The notes under the pieces were generated by a model. The model ran no database searches, was not told the origin of the DNA, and was given only the letters and a program-made list of their open reading frames with translations. The translations under genes were made by a program, and so were the position numbers. Shown piece by piece: positions 49,124 to 59,139 of a stretch of DNA of 64,000 bases. The DNA lies in contig CAWFJP010000031.1 of the NCBI GenBank assembly GCA_963816145.1, positions 160,001 through 224,000 on the forward strand. Reading direction: 5' to 3'. How positions within the stretch are numbered: position 1 is the first letter of the stretch; each line of letters begins with the position of its first letter. The stretch is from an uncultured delta proteobacterium (GTDB lineage Bacteria; Desulfobacterota; Binatia; UBA9968).

Positions 49124-50536
49124 TCATGTCCGCTCGACGCCGCAGCTCTCGACGAGATCCGCGAGATCTTCGACGGTGGCGAGGCGATTACAGAGGTCGA
49201 GCAATCGCCGTGGCCTGAGCAAGGTCGCCTGGGGTTGCAGAAGCCAGGTCATTTTGTCGAGCAAATCGGCGTCGCTCAGCGGCGCGTCCGGATGACCCTT
49301 CGGTTGATGCACGATGATTTCTTCGGTCCGCCCATCGTTCAGTTCGGCCACCAGCCGCACACCGAGAATACCCTCGGTGTCAAAAGCGCTGTCTCTTGCC
49401 GGGTCGATTACCAACTCTATTTTTGCCATCGCCGACTTCACCTCGGCGGATTCCCAAGGTGATGCTTCATATTCGCAGGGCGTCAAGCGGCCGCGCAGGA
49501 GCGCCATCGCCATCACGTAAGGCGTGCTATGGTCCGCCGCCTCCCGGCTTGACGGCGCAAAGGCTTGGGGCGAGCCCTGCACGCCGCCGCAGACATTGCG
49601 GTGGCCATGGAGGATGAGTTTTCGCACTTGCTCGGCGCGGATGCCGTTTCGATAGAGGCCAAGGGTCGCCTCGATGGCCGCCTGTGTGTTGATCTGCGCC
49701 GGATAAAGTTTCAGCATATTTCGCGTCATGGTCCAGCGTCGACCGAGTTGTTGGACCGGTCGCGGATCGAAACGAGAGCGGCGAGGCGATTTTAAATGCG
49801 CCAGAACGATCTCCAACGCATCGTCGGTGGCGGTCACGCCGAGGGCGGCCAACTCGGCCGACTCCACCGCGCGCTCCAGAGCCAAGCCGACCGCAACGCT
49901 CTTGATCACTGGAATGGTCTCTGCCGGTCTGATCCAGGTATTGAGCACGGTGCCGGTCGCTGTCGAGAGACCGCAGGCGTGCACCGCTTCAGCAGCCGTT
50001 GCGCCGACCAGACGGGCGGCGACGATCGGCGCGACCCAGGCGACGTTGGTCACTGGGTGAAGGCCGCGCTCCCAGAAATTGAGCGATTCGGCCAAGGCGC
50101 CTTGCAGCTCGTAGGACGCGACGATGCAAGTGAGCAATTCCTCGCCGCTGCGCCGATAACGCTCGGCGAGAGCGAGGAGCGCTGCCGTGGCGTCGCTGAA
50201 GTGGCCGGAGGCGCCGCCGCGACGCAAGACGAAGATGTCATTGGCGTCGAGAAATCGAACCATGGTGCCATTAACCAGCGCGGCGAGTCCGGCGGGAACT
50301 TTTTCCGTCGTGCCGATGATCGTCGCGTCGGCGCGACCGCCCTGGGCGATCGCATGTTTTCGCAGGGCTAGGACGGTCGCCGCTGCGCGCGCGCCGAGAG
50401 CGCAGGCGAGGGTGTCGGCCAAGTGCCGTCGCGCCGCGGCTTTAACTTCCGGTGGGATGGCATCGTAGCGCAGCGCAAAGGTAAATTCAGCCATCGTCTG
50501 CGCCAAGGTCTTCAACGTCGTTTTTTCGCTCGCCAT
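49124..50536 (-). CDS. MmgE/PrpD family protein
   Basis: NGTMVRFLDAND, SREAADHSTPY, PKGHP. Confidence 0.92.
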   Translation of the reverse strand: MASEKTTLKTLAQTMAEFTFALRYDAIPPEVKAAARRHLADTLACALGARAAATVLALRKHAIAQGGRADATIIGTTEKVPAGLAALVNGTMVRFLDANDIFVLRRGGASGHFSDATAALLALAERYRRSGEELLTCIVASYELQGALAESLNFWERGLHPVTNVAWVAPIVAARLVGATAAEAVHACGLSTATGTVLNTWIRPAETIPVIKSVAVGLALERAVESAELAALGVTATDDALEIVLAHLKSPRRSRFDPRPVQQLGRRWTMTRNMLKLYPAQINTQAAIEATLGLYRNGIRAEQVRKLILHGHRNVCGGVQGSPQAFAPSSREAADHSTPYVMAMALLRGRLTPCEYEASPWESAEVKSAMAKIELVIDPARDSAFDTEGILGVRLVAELNDGRTEEIIVHQPKGHPDAPLSDADLLDKMTWLLQPQATLLRPRRLLDLCNRLATVEDLADLVESCGVERT

Positions 50537-50778
50537 CGTGTTCGCTTTATCTGATCATGCTTTATATGGCGGACTCGCTGTCGTCCCCTGAACTGCGCCC
50601 TCCGAAATGCACGCGCCTGATATTGTTCGAGCGCATTGAGGTTATTATCTCGTAATTACCGCTTCGGGCAATAAGCACATCGGTCAGGAGCTTTAACGAC
50701 CGGGGGGCGCGAATCTTTCGTTCTTGACTGAAGAGAGCCAAGACAGTATGGCAGAGGAAACGTTTTGAAGGGGGTGCC

Positions 50779-51879
50779 ATGAAAAAGTTCCGCTTCAACA
50801 CCAAACGATCGATCGGTCGATGGCTCATTTTCTCTGCGCTGTCGTTGGCGTTCGCCGGCCCGGCGACCGGCGCAGTCCCTTATTATGAAGGGAAGACTAT
50901 CGAAGTCGTCATCCCGTTCGGGGTTGCCGGCGGCTCGGATGTCTGGATTCGCACGATAGCGCCGTATCTCGAGAAAAATATTGCCGGCAATCCCAAATTC
51001 ACCTTTCGCAACATCGCTGGCGGAAGGGCAATCCCCGGCATGATGGAATTTGCGCAGAAGGCTAAGTCCGATGGGCTCATGGTTTTGGTCAGTTCGGCGA
51101 CCAATTATTTTCCAGTCCTTTTGGGTGACAAGGCCGCCAAGTACGACTTCAAACAGTGGAAGCCGCTGCTGGTAAATCCTGTTGGCGGCGTCATGTACGT
51201 TTCTCCCAGCTCGGGTGTCAAACGGATCGAGGATCTGGCGAGAGCTAAGAATCTGATCTATGGCGGGATCAGCGCCATCGGGCTCGATATGATACCGCTG
51301 ATCACTTTCGAGCTCTTGGAGCTGGATGCCAGGGGCGTGCTCGGTTTCAAGGGCAGGGGAGACGCGCGGATCGCGTTTGAACGGGGTGAAATCAATATCG
51401 ATTATCAGACGACGCCGGCCTACAACGCCACCGTGGTGCCGCTAATCAAGGAAGGCAAAGCGATCCCGCTGATGAGCTTCGGCCAGCTCGACGAAAAGGG
51501 CGACATCATCCGCGACCCGGCCGTGCCTGATCTACCGACGGTTCCGGAGGTCTATGAAAAGCTCAAGGGCAAGAAGCCTTCGGGCAAGTTCTGGGAGACC
51601 TACAAAATTTTCATGCCCTCCGCATTTGCCGTGCAGAAAATTCTTTGGGTCAAGGGTGATGCCCCAGCGGCAGCGTCGCAGGCTTTCTATGCGGCCGCCG
51701 ACCGGCTCGATAAAGACAAAGAATTTCACGTCAAGACCGAAAAAATATTGGGCGGCTATCCTTTACTGCGTGGTGATCGCCTGGAAAAAACCATCCAGCA
51801 AGCTTTCCAGATCGACGCGGAAACCCAACGATTCGTCAAGGAATGGACGGGCAAGAAGTACCGGGTGAAGTTCGATTAG
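50779..51879 (+). CDS. tctC: Tripartite tricarboxylate transporter binding protein
   Basis: YYEGKTIEVVIPFGVAGGSD, AFERGEINIDYQT; upstream of tctA. Confidence 0.85.
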   Translation: MKKFRFNTKRSIGRWLIFSALSLAFAGPATGAVPYYEGKTIEVVIPFGVAGGSDVWIRTIAPYLEKNIAGNPKFTFRNIAGGRAIPGMMEFAQKAKSDGLMVLVSSATNYFPVLLGDKAAKYDFKQWKPLLVNPVGGVMYVSPSSGVKRIEDLARAKNLIYGGISAIGLDMIPLITFELLELDARGVLGFKGRGDARIAFERGEINIDYQTTPAYNATVVPLIKEGKAIPLMSFGQLDEKGDIIRDPAVPDLPTVPEVYEKLKGKKPSGKFWETYKIFMPSAFAVQKILWVKGDAPAAASQAFYAAADRLDKDKEFHVKTEKILGGYPLLRGDRLEKTIQQAFQIDAETQRFVKEWTGKKYRVKFD

Positions 51880-51898
51880 CCTGATGATCGACAACTGC

Positions 51899-51998
51899 AG
51901 TAATGGAGTGATGGAGTATTGGAGTGGCGGAATAGCGGAATGATGCTGGTGAAAACCAGCACTCTGCCATTCCAGTACACCAATACCCCAATCCCCCC
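51899..51998. repeat. Inverted array of 8-bp units (TGGAGTRW / complementary CCA-rich units)
   Basis: AATGGAGT GATGGAGT ATTGGAGT ... CCATTCCA GTACACCA ATACCCCA between tctC and tctA. Confidence 0.6.
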
Positions 51999-52003
51999 CT
52001 CGC

Positions 52004-53935
52004 ATGTGGGACGCCGCCCTAATTGCTCTTGAGAGGTTCGCCGATCCTCTTCATCTAGGCATGCTGCTGGCCGGCGTGCTGGCCGGCACGGTCATCGGCA
52101 TCCTCCCCGGCCTGGGAGGTATCGCCTGCGTCGCCATCCTGCTGCCTTTCATCTATACGCTCGACGTGCACACCGCGATGATCCTGCTGGTCGGATCGCT
52201 GGCGGTGGTTCACACTTCCGATACCATCACCTCGGTGCTGATCGGCACACCAGGTTCCGCCGCGGCCGCCGTGACAATTCTGGATGGTCATCCACTGGCC
52301 AAGCAGGGCCAGGCTGCGCGGGCATTGAGCGCGGCGTTTTTGTCGTCGATGATCGGCGGCCTGATCGGCACGGTTTTTTTGACTCTCTCCCTGCCCATCG
52401 CGCGGCCTCTGGTGCTGCTCTTCGGCTCTCCCGAGTTGTTGATGCTCTGCGTTCTTGGCCTCTCCTTCGCCGGATTTCTCACCGGCGGTGCGCCGCTTAA
52501 AGGCGGGTTGGCCGCTTGCCTGGGGCTGTTGCTGGGCAGCGTCGGCTCCGCTCCCGCGGATGCCGTCGATCGCTATACCTTCGGCCAACTCTATCTGCTT
52601 GACGGCATTCCTCTGGTCGGAGTGGCCTTGGGAATCTTTGGCATCGCGGAGATTGTCGATCTGTTGGCCAAAGGGGGGCAGATAGCCGAGCGAATCCCTT
52701 TGGGACAAGGCTGGCTCCAGGGGGCCAAAGATGTGTGGCAACATTGGGGCATCGTGGTGCGCGGCTCGCTTATCGGCGTGTGGGCGGGCATTCTCCCCGG
52801 CATCGGCGCTACGGCGGGATCCTGGATGGCCTATGGGCACGTGGTCGCCATGGCCCGCGATCGCGAAAAATTTGGCAAGGGCGATATTCGCGGCGTTATT
52901 GGCCCGGAAAGCGCCAACAATTCCGTCGAGGCCGGGGATTTCATCCCGACGCTGCTGTTCAGCGTTCCGGGCGGCGCTCCGTCCGCGATCCTGCTGGGCG
53001 CGTTGTTTTTCTACGGCATTCAGCCCGGCCCGCGCATGGTGCAGGAAAATCTCGATCTGATTTTTACCATCATCTGGAGTTTTGCCATCGCCAATACGAT
53101 CGGCGCCGGGCTGTGTTTTCTCTTGAGCCCGGCGCTGGCGCGGCTCACCTGGATTCCCTTCGCTCGGCTGGCTCCGGCCGTCGTCGTGACGATTTTTTTT
53201 GGCGCCTTTCAAAGCTCCGAGCAGTTCGGCGATATCTACGCTATGATCGGGTTGGGATTGCTCGGCTGGCTCATGAAACAGTTGGGATGGCCACGCGCGC
53301 CTTTTCTCGTCGGCTTCGTCTTGACCAAGCCGACCGAACAGTATCTATGGCTATCGATTGAACGCTATGGCTTCGATTGGCTGTGGCGCCCGGGAGTCAT
53401 AGTTCTTGGTATGTTGTTACTCGCCTCGATAATTTGGATCGTTCGCCAAAAACGCGATGGTAAAGACAGCTCGGCCGAGGAATCCGACGGGGAGGCGGTT
53501 CTCTTGGGAAAACTGCCGTCGGTTGTTTTCACAATTCTAGTTTTGCTTGTCGTGGCGGCAGCGCTTTATGAAGCGCAAAACTTTCCCTACCTGGGCGCGA
53601 TATTTCCAATGGCGGCGACGATTCCGGCGATTTTCATGGCGGCAGCCCAGATCGTTCTTGAAGTGCGCGCCACCCGGGAATCGCCGGGGATCGAGACACG
53701 GAAGAAAACTAAATTGGCCCTCGGTTATATTCTTTCGCTCGTCGCGTATCTCTTGCTGATCTTGTTTTTCGGCTTCGGCATCGCCACCGCGCTTTTCACC
53801 TTCGGTTTTCTTTACGGCTGGGTCCGCGCGGGCTGGTTTACTGCCGCTATCTACACCGGTGTTTTGGTCGGTCTGACCTCGGTCATGAGCTGGCTGCTCG
53901 GCATGCACTGGCCGGGAGGTATCCTGCTCGGATAA
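52004..53935 (+). CDS. tctA: Tripartite tricarboxylate transporter permease TctA with fused C-terminal TctB-like region
   Basis: GILPGLG, LDGHPLAKQG, GPESANN; ~150 extra residues with four TM helices ending WPGGILLG. Confidence 0.88.
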   Translation: MWDAALIALERFADPLHLGMLLAGVLAGTVIGILPGLGGIACVAILLPFIYTLDVHTAMILLVGSLAVVHTSDTITSVLIGTPGSAAAAVTILDGHPLAKQGQAARALSAAFLSSMIGGLIGTVFLTLSLPIARPLVLLFGSPELLMLCVLGLSFAGFLTGGAPLKGGLAACLGLLLGSVGSAPADAVDRYTFGQLYLLDGIPLVGVALGIFGIAEIVDLLAKGGQIAERIPLGQGWLQGAKDVWQHWGIVVRGSLIGVWAGILPGIGATAGSWMAYGHVVAMARDREKFGKGDIRGVIGPESANNSVEAGDFIPTLLFSVPGGAPSAILLGALFFYGIQPGPRMVQENLDLIFTIIWSFAIANTIGAGLCFLLSPALARLTWIPFARLAPAVVVTIFFGAFQSSEQFGDIYAMIGLGLLGWLMKQLGWPRAPFLVGFVLTKPTEQYLWLSIERYGFDWLWRPGVIVLGMLLLASIIWIVRQKRDGKDSSAEESDGEAVLLGKLPSVVFTILVLLVVAAALYEAQNFPYLGAIFPMAATIPAIFMAAAQIVLEVRATRESPGIETRKKTKLALGYILSLVAYLLLILFFGFGIATALFTFGFLYGWVRAGWFTAAIYTGVLVGLTSVMSWLLGMHWPGGILLG

Positions 53936-55332
53936 TGGTAAATTCTCGCACACCCGTCGACGTTTTAGTGATCGGCGGCGGCAACGCGGCGCTGTGCGCA
54001 GCGATCACGGCGCGGCGCCGCGGCGCGCGCGTGCTCTTGCTCGAAAGCGCGACGAAAGATTTTCGCGGCGGCAATAGCCGGCACACGCGCGATATCCGCT
54101 ATATGCACCGGGCGGCCACCGATTATGTCACGGATGCCTACGGTGAAGAGGAGTTCTGGCAGGATCTTCGAGGAGTGACCGGCGGCGCGACCAACGAGCG
54201 GCTCGCTCGCTTGACCATTCGCGAGTCCGAAACCCTGGGCGATTGGATGCCGGCCAACGGCGTGCGCTGGCAAAAGCCGCTGCGCGGCACGCTCCATCTG
54301 ACGCGCAGCAATCTCTTCATGCTCGGCGGCGGCAAGGCGATGATGAACGCCTACTATGACACGGCGGTGAAACTCGGTGTGGAGATCGCCTACGAAACCG
54401 AGGTGCGTGAATTGAAAATGATCGACGGTCGATTTGCCTCCGCCGTGGCGAGTCGCAACGGCTCGTCGAAGGAATTCACGGCGAAGGCCCTCGTCGTCGC
54501 GTCCGGCGGCTTTGAAGCGAACATTCCCTGGTTGAAGGAATACTGGGGCGACGCCGCCGAAAATTTCATCATCCGCGGCACGCCGCACAATCAGGGCGGC
54601 ATGCTGAAAGAGCTGCTCAGACACGGCGCTAAGCCGGAGGGGGACCCGCGCGGCTGCCACGCCGTGGCGCTCGACGCCCGCGCACCGAAATTCGACGGCG
54701 GCATCGTCACCCGCTTGGACAGCGTGCCGTTCGGCATCGTCGTCAATAAAGCGGCGAAGCGCTTTTACGACGAGGGCGAAGATTTCTGGCCGAAGCGTTA
54801 CGCGATCTGGGGAAAACTCATCGCCGAGCAGCCCGAGCAGATCGCTTATTCCATCATCGATGCCAAAGGACTGCCGCACTTCATGCCGTCGGTGTTTCCA
54901 CCGGTGGAAGCGGGCTCGATCGCCGAGCTGGCCGCGGCTTGGGAACTCGATCCGCGCGCGCTCGAGGCGGTCGTCGATGGATACAACCGCTCCGCGCGCG
55001 GCGGGCGATTCGATCCCGGCAGCCTGGACGACTGCCATACGGACGGCTTGGTTCCGCCGAAGAGCCATTGGGCGCGGCCCATCGACACGCCGCCATATTA
55101 TGGTTATCCGCTCAGGCCGGGCATTACGTTTACTTACCTCGGCGTCACCGTCAACGAACAGGCGCAAGTGATCATGCAAGACGACGCGCCGGCAAAAAAT
55201 GTCTTTGCCGCGGGCGAAGTGATGGCCGGCAACATTCTCGGCCGCGGTTATCTCGCGGGCTTTGGCTTGACGATCGGTTCGGTGTTTGGCCGGATCGCCG
55301 GCCAGGAGGCGGCGCGCTGTGCCGGATTTTGA
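53935..55332 (+). CDS. tcuA: FAD-dependent tricarballylate dehydrogenase
   Basis: IGGGNAALCAA, RGGNSRHTR, DARAPKFDGGIVTRLD, PGITFTYLG. Confidence 0.92.
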   Translation: MVNSRTPVDVLVIGGGNAALCAAITARRRGARVLLLESATKDFRGGNSRHTRDIRYMHRAATDYVTDAYGEEEFWQDLRGVTGGATNERLARLTIRESETLGDWMPANGVRWQKPLRGTLHLTRSNLFMLGGGKAMMNAYYDTAVKLGVEIAYETEVRELKMIDGRFASAVASRNGSSKEFTAKALVVASGGFEANIPWLKEYWGDAAENFIIRGTPHNQGGMLKELLRHGAKPEGDPRGCHAVALDARAPKFDGGIVTRLDSVPFGIVVNKAAKRFYDEGEDFWPKRYAIWGKLIAEQPEQIAYSIIDAKGLPHFMPSVFPPVEAGSIAELAAAWELDPRALEAVVDGYNRSARGGRFDPGSLDDCHTDGLVPPKSHWARPIDTPPYYGYPLRPGITFTYLGVTVNEQAQVIMQDDAPAKNVFAAGEVMAGNILGRGYLAGFGLTIGSVFGRIAGQEAARCAGF

Positions 55333-56431
55333 TCTCGTCAAAGACGGCGCGCGGCAGATGACGATCTGCAACGCCTGCCGCTACTGCGAAGGGTACTGCG
55401 CGGTGTTTCCGGCGATGGAGCAGCGCCGGGTTTTCACCAAAGCCGATCTCACCTATCTCGCCAATCTTTGCTTCGATTGCCGCGACTGTTATTACGCCTG
55501 CCAGTACGCGCCGCCCCATGAGTTCGGCGTCAATATTCCCAAGTTGATGTCCGAATTGCGCGCCGATACCTATCGCGAGTTCACCTGGCCGGTGATTTTG
55601 TCGGGTCTGTTCAAGCGCAACCTGCTGGCGGTAAGCGGGATCACCGCCGCGTCGATTATGATCATTTTCGGTCTCGTGCTCGGGTTTCAAGGCTCGGAGG
55701 TTTTGCTCGGTACCCACCTCGGCGAAGGAGCTTTTTACCGCGTGGTGCCGTTTGTCGCCATGACCGTGCCGCCGTCGCTCATCGCGCTCTACGGTTTTAT
55801 AGTTTTCATCATCGGCGCGGCGCGCTTTTGGCGCGAGACTCAGGGACCGATTTCCGCGTTGGTCGATTTGCCCGCGCTGTGGCGCGCGACCAAAGACGCT
55901 TTCGGTCTCGCCTATATGAAAGGCGGCGGCGCCGGCTGCAACTATCCCGGCGAGAGTTTTTCGCGCTTAAGAATGTGGCTGCACCATTTGGTTTTTTATG
56001 GTTTTCTTCTCGACCTGGCCGCCACGACCGTCGCAGCTTTCTACGACCACTTTCTCGGTTGGCAGGCGCCTTATCCCTATTTCAGCGCGCCGGTGGTGCT
56101 CGGCACCGCCGGCGGCGTGGGTTTGATCATCGGCACCGCGGGTCTGCTTTGCTTGAAATGGAAAAGCGATCGCGCGCCCGCGGACGCAAGCATGTTCAAC
56201 ATGGACGCGGCGTTTCTCTTGCTGTTATTTCTAACCGCCGTTACCGGTCTTATATTGCTCGCGTTCCGCGAAACCGCGGCGATGGGAACGCTGCTGGTCA
56301 TCCATTTGGGCGCGGTCGCGGGACTGTTCATTACGTTGCCTTATGGAAAGTTTGCCCACGTGGTCTATCGTTACGCCGCATTGGTGCGCTACGCGATCGA
56401 GCAGAGGCGAGTCGAAACACACTCTTCATAA
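55319..56431 (+). CDS. tcuB: Tricarballylate utilisation 4Fe-4S membrane protein
   Basis: CNACRYCEGYCAVFP, CYYACQYAPPHEF, PYGKFAH. Confidence 0.92.
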   Translation: MPDFDLVKDGARQMTICNACRYCEGYCAVFPAMEQRRVFTKADLTYLANLCFDCRDCYYACQYAPPHEFGVNIPKLMSELRADTYREFTWPVILSGLFKRNLLAVSGITAASIMIIFGLVLGFQGSEVLLGTHLGEGAFYRVVPFVAMTVPPSLIALYGFIVFIIGAARFWRETQGPISALVDLPALWRATKDAFGLAYMKGGGAGCNYPGESFSRLRMWLHHLVFYGFLLDLAATTVAAFYDHFLGWQAPYPYFSAPVVLGTAGGVGLIIGTAGLLCLKWKSDRAPADASMFNMDAAFLLLLFLTAVTGLILLAFRETAAMGTLLVIHLGAVAGLFITLPYGKFAHVVYRYAALVRYAIEQRRVETHSS

Positions 56432-56491
56432 AGTCCCCTTGTGAGTGATACGCAGTATGTGGGGATAAGGGGGCTTTGTTGACTAAGTGGA

Positions 56492-57862
56492 CTAGTTCGT
56501 GTCCCAGCGCAACGCGGCGCGCACCGCCGCAGCGTCATGAGCCTCGTCGACACGACGCGAGCGGCTTTCGTAAGCTTGCCAAGTCGCTGCGTCCCAAATG
56601 CGCGTGCTCAGGCGAGCCTTGAGCAGCTGACGCACGCGAGGTAAATCGCCTAGCTGCAAGGCAGCCATGACCATGATCTGGTCGTAGAGGTCTTGTTGGA
56701 CGTGGCTCGCACCGAGTTCCCCGTGGCGCTGGCGCACGGCCAGCATCCGCTCAAGCGCTTCGCGGGGCTTGTCCTGGTAAAAAGCCGCCGCGGCCTGGGC
56801 GAGCTCGTGCGCCAGCGCCGCCTGTGTGGAGCTCGTCCCGGCAGAGCGCAGGTATTCGATCGCTGACTGCACCGCCGATAGCCGCCCGCTGCGCATCAGT
56901 GCCATGACGTGATGCATGGAGGTAAACCATACCGTGCTTTGCGTAGCGTTGAGCAAAGAGGCTTGCGCCAGGCGCTCCCAACGCGCCAGCCCGACGTCAA
57001 CACCCTGGAATTCCAGGCGCGCCAGCAACGAGGCGCCATTTTGAACGTCAATGTAAAAGGTCGACGACTTCGGATAAACCTCGCGGTCAAACAGATCGAG
57101 AACCTCGTCGAAACGGCCCTGCAAAAACTTAAACAAGCTCAAATGCCACCACAGGTGGCCGCGAAACAGGTTATAGTCGTTGAGAAACCGCGCCGCATCG
57201 CTGAGCAGTTCGATGCCCTCCCGGACACGGCTTTGCATCTCGAACACATGGACCAGGCCATGCAAGGCCCAGAGATCCTGCGGCTGCAAAGCCAGCGCCT
57301 CGCGGGCGCAACGCTCGGCCACTTCGTACTGGCCAACCTCTTCCATCGCGAAGGCATGAGCCGAAAGAAAGTGCCCATAACCGGGCGTCCGGGGGCCCCA
57401 ATGGCCGGCGACTCCCGCGCTCACTTCGGCTTGATGTCGTTTGTCACCGGTCCAGAAAAGCGTGCCTGTGTGTTGACGCAAAGCCAGCAAATCCAATGGC
57501 CACTCGACCAGGATTTGCTCCCAGGCCGCCGCACGGGCGGAAAGATCCTGCGCAATCCAGGCACGCAAGGCTTCTTGGTGCAAACGCTCCCGGGGATTGG
57601 CGGGCAAAGCCTCCGCCTGCCGCAGGTGTGCCCGTGCCCTGGGCTGGGCGTCGAGCGTATATTCGGTCATGAGAGAGTAGCCCTTGAGTACATGAGCAAG
57701 GACAAACTCCGGAAACTCCTGCAACAGTGCGTCCAGGCGATCCCCTGTCCCCAGACGGTAGTAGTAGATGTCGTCAATCAGGGCGTCGAAACGCTCAACA
57801 GCTGCGGAGCTGGCCGCAGTGAGCGAAAGGCCACGAATATCCATGATGTCAACGTGGGTCAT
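56492..57862 (-). CDS. Tetratricopeptide repeat protein 38 (TTC38)-like protein
   Basis: AFAMEE.G.Y..AE, DLWALH, HLWWHLSL, GASHVQQDL. Confidence 0.8.
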   Translation of the reverse strand: MTHVDIMDIRGLSLTAASSAAVERFDALIDDIYYYRLGTGDRLDALLQEFPEFVLAHVLKGYSLMTEYTLDAQPRARAHLRQAEALPANPRERLHQEALRAWIAQDLSARAAAWEQILVEWPLDLLALRQHTGTLFWTGDKRHQAEVSAGVAGHWGPRTPGYGHFLSAHAFAMEEVGQYEVAERCAREALALQPQDLWALHGLVHVFEMQSRVREGIELLSDAARFLNDYNLFRGHLWWHLSLFKFLQGRFDEVLDLFDREVYPKSSTFYIDVQNGASLLARLEFQGVDVGLARWERLAQASLLNATQSTVWFTSMHHVMALMRSGRLSAVQSAIEYLRSAGTSSTQAALAHELAQAAAAFYQDKPREALERMLAVRQRHGELGASHVQQDLYDQIMVMAALQLGDLPRVRQLLKARLSTRIWDAATWQAYESRSRRVDEAHDAAAVRAALRWDTN

Positions 57863-58057
57863 AAATTCTGTAGAGGAAATTCAAACCGACTTTTTATCCT
57901 GACCGAGCAGTATAGCCGGACCCGGCAGTTGTCAATCGCGTTTCTGTTTGATGAAATTCGCGACTTTGCTTCGGTCGGATAATGGAATAGCGGGCAGCTA
58001 TTCCTTCTAAACTTTCTTCCTTCCTGTTTGGTTCATCCCGCACAGGCACTCTTGAAT

Positions 58058-58148
58058 TCAACTCCACAACTTCGTGCTCGCTATCGCCGCGCCTGCGCGC
58101 AGGACGCGCAACTTGGCCCAGGCGATTTGCGCAGGACGCGGCGCCCGT
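58058..58148 (-). repeat. MetE-II 3'-end repeat, copy 8
   Basis: Reads QIAWAKLRVLRAGAAIASTKLWS*. Confidence 0.85.
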
Positions 58149-58222
58149 TGAGGTGTGCTTGATTTTTTTATGAGTGACCATGATCTTCGCGGTTCCCGGA
58201 CTGCGAAGCATATTCCATCGGC

Positions 58223-59134
58223 CTACGGCTCCAACTGGAATCGCCTTCCGGGGGGATTCCCCGCCTCGTACTTCAGTAATTTCATGCGCGGGACGGAGAC
58301 GTCGCTGCAAACCTTGCGGATGTTGATCAACTCGGTGGGCGCGTTCCAGTCGGTCTTCGACTCGCAGGCGACTTTTGCGCAGGTGGTCTGCTTCAGCCAG
58401 GAGCACACTTTTACGTCACGGCCGGCTGCATCCACCAGCTCGGTCTGATACGAGTTGTCGGGTTTGTCCTTGCCATCCTCTAAATGCACGCCTTGCACCA
58501 GCGTGTAGAAGACGCCGCCGGTCTCCAGCAAGCTCAGCACCTTCTCCAGGAACTGGGACAAGTCTTCGGTATAGGAGAAGCCGCCGTACACGTCGGTAAT
58601 GATCTGGAATTTTCCAAGGTCCTCGCGCGAATAGTGCCGCAGGCCTTTGCCGAAAAGATAGCTAATACGGTCATCGCCGAGACTCGCGGCTTGCTGTTGC
58701 CACTTGTCCGTCCGGCGGTCCTCTATGGACATCGCGACCGAGCGCGCCCTGCCGGCCAACTGGGCGCACTTTCCAGCCGGGACCGCGTCGTCTACGGGTG
58801 CATAGTAGTCGAGTATCGCCTGCCCTTCGCCCGTTCCGACATCAAGCCATCGGTCCGAGCTGCCCAGGCTGCCGAGCGCGTCACAGAACCCGGAGGGAAG
58901 AAGTTGCGCATAGTCCGAGAGCCCTCGGTTGGTGACGTAGCCGCTGGGAACTTCGGCGCCCCGGCTGCGGTAGATTTTTTCCTGCTTGGCGAATTCCTCG
59001 TCGATCCGCGGTTGAGCGGGTTCCTGTGACCAGCCAGTTCCCAGCCCAAGCGCCTCTAGGACGATGACGATCAGAACGGCCAGGGGCGCTGCCGCAGTGT
59101 TCCATCCTTGCACCGACGATCTGACTGAAGCCAT
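58223..59134 (-). CDS. Secreted SAM-methyltransferase-fold protein, paralog 5 (cassette copy B)
   Basis: WLDVGTGEG; six Cys; PPGRRFQLEP. Confidence 0.85.
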   Translation of the reverse strand: MASVRSSVQGWNTAAAPLAVLIVIVLEALGLGTGWSQEPAQPRIDEEFAKQEKIYRSRGAEVPSGYVTNRGLSDYAQLLPSGFCDALGSLGSSDRWLDVGTGEGQAILDYYAPVDDAVPAGKCAQLAGRARSVAMSIEDRRTDKWQQQAASLGDDRISYLFGKGLRHYSREDLGKFQIITDVYGGFSYTEDLSQFLEKVLSLLETGGVFYTLVQGVHLEDGKDKPDNSYQTELVDAAGRDVKVCSWLKQTTCAKVACESKTDWNAPTELINIRKVCSDVSVPRMKLLKYEAGNPPGRRFQLEP

Positions 59135-59139
59135 GACAA

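Noticed and set aside
56430-56477. Bidirectional terminator between tcuB and the TTC38-like gene
   Set aside because: Inverted arms exist, but the ~26-nt loop and weak U-tracts are unconvincing.
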